Source: Abditibacteriaceae bacterium
GTDB lineage: Bacteria; Armatimonadota; Abditibacteriia; Abditibacteriales; Abditibacteriaceae
Assembly: GCA_031425655.1 (NCBI GenBank)
Contig: JANPJS010000164.1
Span: 1 to 38,375 of the forward strand
DNA length: 38,375 nucleotides
Direction of reading: 5' to 3'
Numbering within the stretch: position 1 is the first letter of the stretch; the number at the start of each line of letters is the position of its first letter. The translations under genes and the position numbers were made by a program. Positions 18,080 through 26,738 of this stretch are shown in pieces. Below the pieces are notes generated by a model, which saw only the letters and a program-made list of their open reading frames with translations, did not search any database and was not told the DNA's origin.

Positions 18080-19799
18080 TCGGTTGGCTCTTCGTTTCTT
18101 CGGCGGAATGCTGCTCATCCGCGTTTGGATAGTTAATCACAAATGAAAAAACGCAATTGCCGTTGCCCGTTCTCATGCACAGTGGGTGTTCTACCTCTAC
18201 TTTGTCTTCTTCCTCACCAACAAGCGAAGCTATGACTCCCGCGATATAACCAGCAAATAGTCCGCACAAGTCCAGCTGATCTGGCGTCCGGCCCTCCGCC
18301 AAGAAATTGTCATCTACAAAGATTTTTCCTTCAATGAGGCGTCCCCGTGAATCCAAAATTAGATTATCCGGACGCAATGCGCCCCACCCCACGTTAGAAT
18401 CAAATTCACACCACTCGTCAATTTTTGTTGTGATTAATTCGTCTTGGGAGGCCGCCGCGAACGTTTGGCCAAACAGGTGGCCTGCCTTTCTTCCTCCACT
18501 CTCTAAAATTGGGACTGCTTGGCTTGGCACCAACTCGACGCAGTGGCTTAGAATCATGCGTAAAGTGTCAACTTTAAAAGCAACATTTCGTGCAGCGTCG
18601 TTTAAATGAATTAATCGGCTGTCATGTGGGGACCTTCGCATTTGGAAGACTTTGAAGCTCTCACCCACTTCTTCGGCAGAACCGGGCAAGCCAAGCTTAG
18701 CCCAGAGAATTTTTAGAGCTTGCTCGTTGTCCGGAATTGGCCGTCCGGACAGGTGTTCTACTACTTCGGGGCAAAGCCTGTTGACCAGCTTCAGAATTTC
18801 TCGTGATAGATTAACATTCTGCGAACTGCCATGCAAATCCAGCAGTAGCTGCTCCTTGATTTCTACCCCCCACTCCGAGTGTAGAACATGAGGATACGAA
18901 GGCTGTTTAAGAGCAGAAGGCTGTTCAAGATCAGGAGGCTGTTTAGGAGCAGAAGGCTGTTCAAGATCAGGAGGCTGTTTAGGAAATTGGAGAATGTCCG
19001 CGAAACCTTGGAATTCATCGTGTATCTCGCCAATTAATCCCGAACGCAAGTAGTCTTCCAGAGGAGGGATTCGCGCTAAAATCGGGACCACCTGAAAATC
19101 GGAGAGAGGTATGCCAAAATCCCTCTTAACCTGTTTCCTTTTCTCAACAGCAGAAGCTAAGGCACGGAAGACTTGCTTCGTTCCAGCAATGCCTATCGGA
19201 CTGTTAACAATGAAGCAAGCTACTCTATCAGCAAGTAGGAGATTGCTGGCCCCACCATATCGAGTGATTCCGGCTCTGGCGTCAATAAGGAGATAATCAG
19301 CTTTCAACTGGTGGCTGATAGCGCCCTTTAAATCGTAGAAGAATAATTTGATCTTCTTCTCACCACACATGGACATATCGTAAAGGTCTACCCACGCACG
19401 GTCGGAAAGATGATCCCAATAGCCCTCCTGCGATGGTTTGCCGGTCGGGATGAGCAGCAGTTGCCCGGCTCCTGACACGTTAGTTCCCTCAGCGTCATTC
19501 TTGCGAGTATCGGGTGGCCATAAGGGAATGCAATATTCCTTAATGGACGAAGACTCTTCAAAGGACGAGGGCGCCACTTTCTCATCTACCGGCAACCACC
19601 TCCACATGAAGTCAATGACGCCCGGTCGGTCAATTTCAAAAGGGTTTAGGCCGAAATTGATGGGCAATCCAGGCGCATCAAAATCAAAGTCCAAGAGCAC
19701 GACCTTGTAACCAAGTCGCGCAAGATAGACCCCGACGTTCGCCAGAGTAAAGGTTCGTCCGGCTCCGCCTTTATAAGAGTAAAAGGAAATTGTTTTCAC
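18072..19799 (-). CDS. ParA/MinD-like ATPase (KGGxGRT variant) fused to a C-terminal V4R-like domain
   Basis: FYSYKGGAGRT, DFDFDAPGL and YLLIDARAG at the N-terminus; GWG...C...AGYIAG...EVEH..C...G...CVF at the C-terminus. Confidence 0.85.
   Translation of the reverse strand: MKTISFYSYKGGAGRTFTLANVGVYLARLGYKVVLLDFDFDAPGLPINFGLNPFEIDRPGVIDFMWRWLPVDEKVAPSSFEESSSIKEYCIPLWPPDTRKNDAEGTNVSGAGQLLLIPTGKPSQEGYWDHLSDRAWVDLYDMSMCGEKKIKLFFYDLKGAISHQLKADYLLIDARAGITRYGGASNLLLADRVACFIVNSPIGIAGTKQVFRALASAVEKRKQVKRDFGIPLSDFQVVPILARIPPLEDYLRSGLIGEIHDEFQGFADILQFPKQPPDLEQPSAPKQPPDLEQPSALKQPSYPHVLHSEWGVEIKEQLLLDLHGSSQNVNLSREILKLVNRLCPEVVEHLSGRPIPDNEQALKILWAKLGLPGSAEEVGESFKVFQMRRSPHDSRLIHLNDAARNVAFKVDTLRMILSHCVELVPSQAVPILESGGRKAGHLFGQTFAAASQDELITTKIDEWCEFDSNVGWGALRPDNLILDSRGRLIEGKIFVDDNFLAEGRTPDQLDLCGLFAGYIAGVIASLVGEEEDKVEVEHPLCMRTGNGNCVFSFVINYPNADEQHSAEETKSQPND
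18900..18984. repeat. In-frame 36-bp tandem repeat (~2.4 copies) encoding PKQPPDLEQPSA
   Basis: AGGCTGTTTA(A/G)GAGCAGAAGGCTGTTCAAGATCAGG twice, plus a partial third copy. Confidence 0.9.
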
Positions 19800-19808
19800 T
19801 TTGTCGCC

Positions 19809-20219
19809 TTACCTTCCATTGACTCCTGCCGAATCCACACCCAGATTACCAAACGGAAATCTCCTTTGTTGTAGATGTGGATTAGCAGGAGTAGAACTAG
19901 TGACCGCTTCCGAAGTCGATTTCGTTTTCTCCGGCGTGGACGCGATAGGCGGACTCGTGTCCACTACCAAAACTGCTTCAGGTGCGAGCTTGGAAGACGA
20001 CGCCGGTTGCGTTTCTGCGGGCGCTGGGTTTTCACTTTCTTCAGGTTGCTTCTTAGGGGCCTTGGAGTCCAAACCAACGAGAGGGCCCAACCGGTCTTGC
20101 TCCGGACTTTCTTTGATGAAACTCAAAACTTTTTGCTTGGCCCGGAATGCATCAAAGAGGAACCACAGCCCGGCAACAAAACACACGACTGCAAGGACGA
20201 TAGAAATGATTGTCTCCAT
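19809..20219 (-). CDS. Membrane-anchored hypothetical protein with a Ser/Thr/Pro-rich tail
   Basis: One N-terminal TM helix; 9-11 bp spacing to both neighbours. Confidence 0.65.
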   Translation of the reverse strand: METIISIVLAVVCFVAGLWFLFDAFRAKQKVLSFIKESPEQDRLGPLVGLDSKAPKKQPEESENPAPAETQPASSSKLAPEAVLVVDTSPPIASTPEKTKSTSEAVTSSTPANPHLQQRRFPFGNLGVDSAGVNGR

Positions 20220-20230
20220 GCTAAAATTTC

Positions 20231-20725
20231 TCAGATTTGGCCTGTTTGAATTAAATCTGACAGATGCTCAGTCGTTTTCCATCGCAGCCAATATGCATAA
20301 CATACAACTACAAATCCGATTCCAATAGTTCCAATGACATACCCAGTCAGCATCGCTTCGATTGGTTTAGGGGGTGGATAGGACTGTTGCATAGCAAAGG
20401 ACTTTATGCTCCAATATATGCTCAGTAAGATCACGCTTAACACATAGGCCAATGACGGCTGATCGTCGAACCATGCTTGCTGTTCCAAGCCATATCGCTT
20501 TTGATCGTATGCGATGTCGGTGCCAACTCCAAGAACGAGCATAGCACCGAAAAGAAGCAAATTTCCGTCCGCAAATGCTCTCTGAAAAGGGTATGGAGTT
20601 CCATTCACAATGAATTTGATCGCAACCATTATCATGAAGATGATGGGCAATACGACTCTATAACGGAACCAAATTTTATCTTTGAAGCGCAAAAGATAGA
20701 TTTTATTAGCTGCGTCGTTAGGCAT
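20231..20725 (-). CDS. Hypothetical four-TM membrane protein
   Basis: Four hydrophobic segments; AAAGGAGG RBS before the ATG. Confidence 0.75.
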   Translation of the reverse strand: MPNDAANKIYLLRFKDKIWFRYRVVLPIIFMIMVAIKFIVNGTPYPFQRAFADGNLLLFGAMLVLGVGTDIAYDQKRYGLEQQAWFDDQPSLAYVLSVILLSIYWSIKSFAMQQSYPPPKPIEAMLTGYVIGTIGIGFVVVCYAYWLRWKTTEHLSDLIQTGQI

Positions 20726-20815
20726 CTATTCCTCCTTTGGGCGCAAGTAAAGTTTCTGCTTGAACAGGTTGCAATCCGCCGAATTTGTGCTCACGCTTCC
20801 AAAATCAAACAGCCG

Positions 20816-22285
20816 CTACTTTCGTATCGTGTCTGCTCTTTGCTCATGCCACTCCGTCGCCATCTCGTAAGCGTGCGCCGTTCGCAGCAGCGTGCTTTCG
20901 CTGAGCAGATTTCCGATCAATTGTAAGCCAAGCGGCATACCGTCTTGAAACCCGCACGGAAGAGACAACGCAGGAACGCCGGCCATGTTGACGGGGATAG
21001 TGGCGGAGTCGGCCATCTTCATACTCATTTGGTCGCCGGATTTCTCGCCGATACGATAGGCGATACCGGGTGCGGTGGGTGTGGCCAGCATGTCGCACTT
21101 TTCAAAAGCTTTTTCAAAGTCGCGGCGAATGAGCGTGCGCACTTTTTGCGCCTTGAGATAGTAGGCATCGTAGAATCCACTGCTCAATGCGTGGGTTCCG
21201 ACCATGATGCGGACGCGCACTTCGGGGCCAAAACCAGAGGCGCGAGACTTGGAATACATTGCTACGATGTCGTCGCCCGGTTCGGCCACGCGCAGGCCGT
21301 ATTGCACACCGTCATACTTAGCCAAATTCGAAGAAGCCTCACATGGGGCAATAATATAATACGCCGCTAAAGCGTAGTCAAGGCTTGGCATCGAAATTTC
21401 CACAGCCTCAGCGCCCAGTTCGCAGAGTTTGTCCACGGCGGCGCGCACGGCGTCGGCCATGTAGCCTTCGATGCCTTGCGCGAAAAACTCTTTCGGCACG
21501 CCGATGCGAAGGCCTTTCACGTCGCCGGTCAGGGCGTCGAGATAATTGGGCAAAGGCCGATCAATCGAAGTCGAATCGCGGCGGTCGTGGCCGGCGATGG
21601 TTTGCAACAGCAGCGCGGTATCGCGCACATCGTTGGCAATCGGGCCGATTTGGTCGAGCGACGACGCATAAGCGATTAAACCGTAGCGCGAAACCAAGCC
21701 ATACGTCGGTTTCAGGCCGACGCAGCCGCAATAAGCCGCCGGTTGGCGAATCGAGCCGCCGGTGTCGGAACCAAGCGCAAGAGGCGCTTCCAACGCGGCC
21801 ACGGCAGCCGTTGAGCCGCCCGAACTGCCGCCGGGCACGCGATTCAAATCCCACGGATTGCGCGTCGGGAAAAAGGCCGAGTTTTCCGTTGAACTGCCCA
21901 TCGCAAACTCGTCCATGTTCGCTTTGCCGATGACGACCGCGCCGTCGGCGGCGAGGCGCTCGACGACGTGCGCGTCGTAGGGCGGCACGAAGTTTTCGAG
22001 CATCTTCGACGAACAGGTGGTTTTCACGCCGCGCGTGCAAAGCAGGTCTTTGACCGCGATGGGCACGCCGCCTAAAGCGCCGATGTCCTCGCCCGCCGCC
22101 ACGCGACGATCCAGCGATTCGGCGCGCCGCCGCGCTTCTTCGGGCAAAACCGTGACGAACGCTTTCACACGCTCTTCGACCGCTTCGATGCGCCGCAAAA
22201 ACTCGTCGGTGACTTCGCGGCACGAGAGTTTCTTTTGTTTAATCTGCTGCGCCAGTTGAAAGGCGCTGAATTCGATGAGGGACAT
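20816..22285 (-). CDS. gatA: Asp-tRNA(Asn)/Glu-tRNA(Gln) amidotransferase subunit A
   Basis: Amidase signature VKD, GKANMDEFAMGSS, PGGSSGGS, GSDTGGSIRQPA and YDAYYLKAQKVRT. Confidence 0.98.
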   Translation of the reverse strand: MSLIEFSAFQLAQQIKQKKLSCREVTDEFLRRIEAVEERVKAFVTVLPEEARRRAESLDRRVAAGEDIGALGGVPIAVKDLLCTRGVKTTCSSKMLENFVPPYDAHVVERLAADGAVVIGKANMDEFAMGSSTENSAFFPTRNPWDLNRVPGGSSGGSTAAVAALEAPLALGSDTGGSIRQPAAYCGCVGLKPTYGLVSRYGLIAYASSLDQIGPIANDVRDTALLLQTIAGHDRRDSTSIDRPLPNYLDALTGDVKGLRIGVPKEFFAQGIEGYMADAVRAAVDKLCELGAEAVEISMPSLDYALAAYYIIAPCEASSNLAKYDGVQYGLRVAEPGDDIVAMYSKSRASGFGPEVRVRIMVGTHALSSGFYDAYYLKAQKVRTLIRRDFEKAFEKCDMLATPTAPGIAYRIGEKSGDQMSMKMADSATIPVNMAGVPALSLPCGFQDGMPLGLQLIGNLLSESTLLRTAHAYEMATEWHEQRADTIRK

Positions 22286-22289
22286 AGAT

Positions 22290-22370
22290 AGTTGGGTGGT
22301 TTGGTTGTCTGGTGGTTTGGTTGCTCGGTGGCGAAATCAACCACCTAACAACCTAACCACCAGACAACCT
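22290..22370. repeat. Octamer tandem-repeat palindrome (GGTGGTTT/GGTTGTCT ... TAACCACC/AGACAACC)
   Basis: Fills the gatC-gatA gap and abuts the gatC stop codon. Confidence 0.8.
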
Positions 22371-22689
22371 ATTCCGCTTCCACGACGCGCGGCACTTGAA
22401 ACATCGCGGCAGCTTGTTCGGGCGCGTTTTGCAAGGCGGCTTCGGGCGTCAGGCCGGGGCGCGAAACATCGGCGCGCAGCACGTTGACAACCGGCAAAAC
22501 GTGATCGGTCGGTTCCACGCCTTCGGTGTCGAGTTCCTTTAATTTCTCGAAGTAACCGAGAATCTGCGACAATTCAGTCGCCGCGCGATCTCGTTCGCTT
22601 TCCGAGAGGTGCAAACGCGATAAATTGGCGATGTAATTGACTTCGTCGTCGGTTAGGCGCAGGTTCGGCTGCGGATTTTGCTCGCTCAT
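22369..22689 (-). CDS. gatC: Amidotransferase subunit C
   Basis: IANLSRL, LDTEGVEPT, LRAD and NAPE....FQVPRV; directly upstream of gatA. Confidence 0.96.
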   Translation of the reverse strand: MSEQNPQPNLRLTDDEVNYIANLSRLHLSESERDRAATELSQILGYFEKLKELDTEGVEPTDHVLPVVNVLRADVSRPGLTPEAALQNAPEQAAAMFQVPRVVEAE

Positions 22690-25298
22690 GGCGTGGTTTT
22701 CTTTCCCCTCGTTTGTGGAATCATCTTCGGCGCTGCCGATGGCAATATCTCGACGGGCGCGTTTTTGCCGGTCGCGCGGCGCAGCGATTCTAAAACTTCG
22801 CGCGCTTGCCGGCGTAAGCGCGCTGCTGCCATCGCGTCCGATTTTTCCGCGATTTGCGCGGCGTCCTGCAAGCGCACGGCTAAAGCGATTTGCTCAGCGA
22901 TTGTTTGCTCGATTTGCACGGCTTGCGGCTCTAAAACAGCGCGCAAGCGCCGCGCAAAAGGGTTCGATTGCCCCGCCGATTGCGTCCAGCCAATCTGTGT
23001 GCGGCGCCAATCGCTAAGCGCGGCCCGCGCACTATTTCCCACGCCCAATGGCCCGTTCGGCCACGCGGCATCGCCGACAATAACGGCAGCCAAACGCGGC
23101 ACAGCACCTTTGTCTTCGCGGAAAACCGCCTGCCACAGCCACACACGTCCGCCGCGCAGCAGTGCGCGCGTCGGGCCGGGTTTCCAAGCCCGCGCCGAAC
23201 CGGATGACACCGGCAGCGCGTCACGCACGCGCGAATCGAAAGCGCCCGGCCCGGCCAAGCCGGAATCAAGCGGCGCCGTTGCTCCGTCGAAGCGATGCAG
23301 CGTCAGACGACCATATTCTTCGCCGTCGCAGCGCGCTGTGAGAATTGCCGCTGTGCTGTCGCCGATTTCGGAATCGCTCATCACAGCGTGCAATGCGAGG
23401 CCGCGCTCATCAAGTGCATAAAACGGCGATTGCGCTTCGTAAATGTCCGCCGCGCCCACCTGTCGCGCCGCCTGCCAGCGCTGCGCGCCAACGGTTTCGC
23501 CCAGCAGTTCCGCTTGAATTTTCAAAAGTTCGATTGGATACCGCTGATGCTCGCGCAATTCGTTCGGCATCGGCTGCACCAAGTCAGGAAACGCGCCTTG
23601 CCAAGCCCGCAAAAGCGGGTCGGCATCGGGCCGCGCGGCGTAAAAATGCGTGGCGCCCGTCGCCGAATCCATGACCATTTTAACTGAATCGCGCGCTGCG
23701 TTGAACGTGCGCCCGCTTAAGGTTTGCCCGCGTGCTCCGGGAAACGAATCGCTGACGCACAGCAAGTCGAGCATCCAGACGATGCGGCCTTCAAACATCA
23801 CGGCGCAAGGCACGCCGCCGGGCACTAAAAAGGGCGCCAGCGCACGGGCGCGCTCGGCCATATCGGGCCGAAACATCAAGCGTTTATCGCGCGCCGCCAA
23901 CACGCGCACATCGCGGAGCCGCCACGCCCAGCTCAGGCGCGTGAAAAGCGAATCGAGAGCCATATCGCCGGCTTCGCTCGGCCCCGATTGCGCCGCGCCG
24001 ACGCCAAAAATCGCCGGCGGCGTTGCGCGTAAATTCGTAGATATTGATGCGGCTGAGGAGGCGTCTAAAATCACGGCGCCGGGCGCGTCCTCGCAGACGC
24101 CAACGGCGATGGAACGCACGCCGCTTTTCGTCACCAATCGGTCTATTTGCAAAGCGGCGCCTTTGCACAAAGCGGCGCGGCGCAGACGTGCGCCGTCCCA
24201 CAACGGCAGTCGCGCCAGAGCCGCATCGTTCCACGCCAACGACGCGCGCCGGGCCGCTACGGCGTCGGACAACAGATTCCGTTCTTGAATCGAAATGTCG
24301 TCTAAATCCCACGCCCTCTGCGTTGCCAAAAGCTGCGCGCGACGAAACGGGGCTTCGCGCCGCGGTTCGTCCCAAGCGCCTAAAGCCACGAGGCGCGGCA
24401 CGGAAAACAAGAGCAGTGGCGGCGCGATCAGGGCTGCCAAACCAACCCGCAGCGAAGCGCGCACGCGAAAACAGCACGCCGCCAGCAGCGACAAGGCCAT
24501 CCATAAACTCAGCACGCTGCACAGCCACAAAACGGGCCGGCGCGCCTGCCAATCGAGGAAAGTGAGGCCGGTCGGAGACAGCGCTAAATCGAAGGGCGCC
24601 AAAAGAAACCGCGCGGCGCGGCTGGCGAACCACAGGGCGCCGAGCAAAGCCAGACAACGGAAGGCCGCGCGAGGCAAAATCGGGCGTCGCGTCAGAAATT
24701 GCGCCGCACCGCGTCCTATCGCCAGCGGCAGCGCAGCCAAAAGAGCGACATTTACCGTCCTTTGTGCCGCGTCGAGCAGCAGATACAAGGCGGGTAACTG
24801 AAACGTCCACAGTCCGGCATCAAGGCGCCACGGCGTCACCGAAATCCGCCAATCGTCGCCGTTAAAAAGCAGGATTTGCGGCCAACGGCGCGCCGCGTCC
24901 TGCGCTGTCAGGAAAGCCAAAATCAGAATTAAAAACTGGAGCCAGCGCGCGTCCAAGCGATTCAGCGACTTTAATCGCCACTCTACCCAATCGTAGCGCG
25001 GCGGCAAATTGAGCCGTGCCGGAGGCAGCGATGCGAAAATCCGCAGAGGCCACGCCGCCAATCCCAGCGTGCCAAACGCCGTCGCGCAGAATAAAAAACC
25101 TTGCGTGCGAAGCCGGGTTTGAAACGCAGCGCCAAAGCCAAGAGCATCCTGCCATTGCGCCTCACACCAAAGCGCAATCGCGCCGTCGAGAAGCCACAAA
25201 ACCAGTAGTGCCAACGCGATTCGCCTGACGATAGGCCGATGCAGCGCACGCGACAAATCAAGAATTAGTCGTCTGCACCACGCGAAGAATCGAGACAC
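22686..25298 (-). CDS. UPF0182 family membrane protein (divergent)
   Basis: W..ALGF...F.T, F.LP, TQRAWDL, LPLWD, APFL, G...W.LD, N..RDSVK, DPLLRAW...FP and H.RYP landmarks. Start uncertain. Confidence 0.8.
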   Translation of the reverse strand: MSRFFAWCRRLILDLSRALHRPIVRRIALALLVLWLLDGAIALWCEAQWQDALGFGAAFQTRLRTQGFLFCATAFGTLGLAAWPLRIFASLPPARLNLPPRYDWVEWRLKSLNRLDARWLQFLILILAFLTAQDAARRWPQILLFNGDDWRISVTPWRLDAGLWTFQLPALYLLLDAAQRTVNVALLAALPLAIGRGAAQFLTRRPILPRAAFRCLALLGALWFASRAARFLLAPFDLALSPTGLTFLDWQARRPVLWLCSVLSLWMALSLLAACCFRVRASLRVGLAALIAPPLLLFSVPRLVALGAWDEPRREAPFRRAQLLATQRAWDLDDISIQERNLLSDAVAARRASLAWNDAALARLPLWDGARLRRAALCKGAALQIDRLVTKSGVRSIAVGVCEDAPGAVILDASSAASISTNLRATPPAIFGVGAAQSGPSEAGDMALDSLFTRLSWAWRLRDVRVLAARDKRLMFRPDMAERARALAPFLVPGGVPCAVMFEGRIVWMLDLLCVSDSFPGARGQTLSGRTFNAARDSVKMVMDSATGATHFYAARPDADPLLRAWQGAFPDLVQPMPNELREHQRYPIELLKIQAELLGETVGAQRWQAARQVGAADIYEAQSPFYALDERGLALHAVMSDSEIGDSTAAILTARCDGEEYGRLTLHRFDGATAPLDSGLAGPGAFDSRVRDALPVSSGSARAWKPGPTRALLRGGRVWLWQAVFREDKGAVPRLAAVIVGDAAWPNGPLGVGNSARAALSDWRRTQIGWTQSAGQSNPFARRLRAVLEPQAVQIEQTIAEQIALAVRLQDAAQIAEKSDAMAAARLRRQAREVLESLRRATGKNAPVEILPSAAPKMIPQTRGKKTTP

Positions 25299-25398
25299 GC
25301 GAGAAGTTTAGCGACTTCAATCACCGTAAAATGGTCGTTTTGTAAAATCGGCTACCTCGCGCTTGAAAACCGGCTTTAAGCCGTGTGGCGCAGAGCAA

Positions 25399-25956
25399 TT
25401 ATGCTGCAAGCCAATCGCAAACGCGCCCAACGGACAAGCGGAACCACACGGTGTATCTTTCCGGTTGCGCGTCTATGTCCGCACGCAGTTCGGCGAGGGA
25501 AACCCATTTCCAGCCGTCTATTTCGTCGCGGTTTGGCTGTGGGTCGCCGCTATATTCGCCAACGAAAACGTGGTCGAATTCGTGTTCGGTCAGGCCGCTG
25601 CGCGCGTCGTGGGCGCGATAAATAAAGCTGAAAATTTCTTGCAACGGCACATCGAATCCCATTTCTTCGCGCAAGCGACGATGAGCAGCAGCGCTCAACT
25701 CTTCGCCTTTGCGCGGATGGCTGCAACACGCGTTTGTCCAGCGCCCGCCAAAGTGATATTTATTTTCGCCGCGCAGTTGCAAAAGCATCCGCTGTTCGCG
25801 GTCGAATATGAATATCGAAAAGGCGCGATGCAGAACCCCGCCATCTTCGTGCGCCCTCTGTTTGGCTAACGAGCCAATACAGTGATCGTTTTCGTCTACT
25901 AATATCAACTCGTCTTCGAGTTCTGATATTTCGGGAGAAACTAAGGTCGTCATCAT
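25399..25956 (-). CDS. idi: Isopentenyl-diphosphate delta-isomerase type 1
   Basis: LHRAFS, WTNACCSHP, RRLREEMG, EHEFDHV and YTVWF motifs. Confidence 0.96.
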   Translation of the reverse strand: MMTTLVSPEISELEDELILVDENDHCIGSLAKQRAHEDGGVLHRAFSIFIFDREQRMLLQLRGENKYHFGGRWTNACCSHPRKGEELSAAAHRRLREEMGFDVPLQEIFSFIYRAHDARSGLTEHEFDHVFVGEYSGDPQPNRDEIDGWKWVSLAELRADIDAQPERYTVWFRLSVGRVCDWLAA

Positions 25957-26685
25957 TCAATCTCCAGAGAAAAAAGCATGGGCAAAAATTCCCAGCAATA
26001 CAACCCCAACTAAGGCAGGCAGCCAGAGCGACATCCAAAAGCTAACGCTGCTCCAAAAACTGAGAATCAGCAAACTGCTGCCGATAACGCCAACCGGCGG
26101 AATTTCTCTACCGATGCGCGGCGCCAATCGCCACAGCAGCCACGCGGCGACGCTGCCCGTAAGCATCCAGCCCGCGAAATTCTGCGCCGGCACGCCGTAA
26201 AAAACTCCCGGAGCCTCGAAACGCCAAAAGCCCTGCGCGACTGCCGCCGGATCGAGCACGATATCTATCGCCACCAGCAACGCGCCGCTCACTAAAATTC
26301 CCGCCCACGCGGTTGCCGTCCAACGCCGCGCGATGGCAGTTGCGGCACAAACTAACGGCGTCCACGCGAAAGGCACAGTCCAGGGCACGATGCCGAACAA
26401 AAGCACACCAATTTTTTCGCCGTATGTGAAACGGCCATAAGGCCAGCCGGTGATAATCGCTGCGCTTTCCAGCAGCAGCCCAAAAACGCCCAAAACCGTT
26501 AGCAAGATCACGCCGTCGCGCCAACCCAGCCACCTCACAACAGCGCGGTAGCAGGGCCACGCAAAAATCACCACAAAGAGCGCCGAAATGTGCGCTAATT
26601 CGGGCCTTACCGGAATTTTCGCCACAAAAAAACCACAAAGCGCCTGCATTGCCATCGCAGTTGCCCACAATGCGCGTGACGGCAT
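25957..26685 (-). CDS. cruF: Carotenoid 1,2-hydratase, CruF family
   Basis: E......GWPYG.F.Y, VPW.VPFAW, D.VLDPAAV..GFW and GVP.QNF.GW. Start uncertain (ATG 26685 chosen; TTG 26766 would overlap the divergent gene). Confidence 0.88.
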   Translation of the reverse strand: MPSRALWATAMAMQALCGFFVAKIPVRPELAHISALFVVIFAWPCYRAVVRWLGWRDGVILLTVLGVFGLLLESAAIITGWPYGRFTYGEKIGVLLFGIVPWTVPFAWTPLVCAATAIARRWTATAWAGILVSGALLVAIDIVLDPAAVAQGFWRFEAPGVFYGVPAQNFAGWMLTGSVAAWLLWRLAPRIGREIPPVGVIGSSLLILSFWSSVSFWMSLWLPALVGVVLLGIFAHAFFSGD

Positions 26686-26738
26686 TTTTTTGCTGTCCGA
26701 AGCCGCTTTTTCGCCGCCGGCTTCGCTAAAATTAAGAA

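Noticed and set aside
18072..19799. Chromosome or plasmid partition ParA
   Set aside because: Variant Walker A, large extra domains, and no parB or replication gene nearby.
13751..20815. Prophage, ICE or transposon
   Set aside because: No integrase, transposase or phage genes, and no flanking direct repeats found by eye.
12923..24810. Long antisense or alternate-frame ORFs (e.g. 12923-13987 +, 21561-22223 -, 23884-24810 -)
   Set aside because: Shadow ORFs overlapping well-supported genes in GC-rich DNA, with no recognisable motifs.
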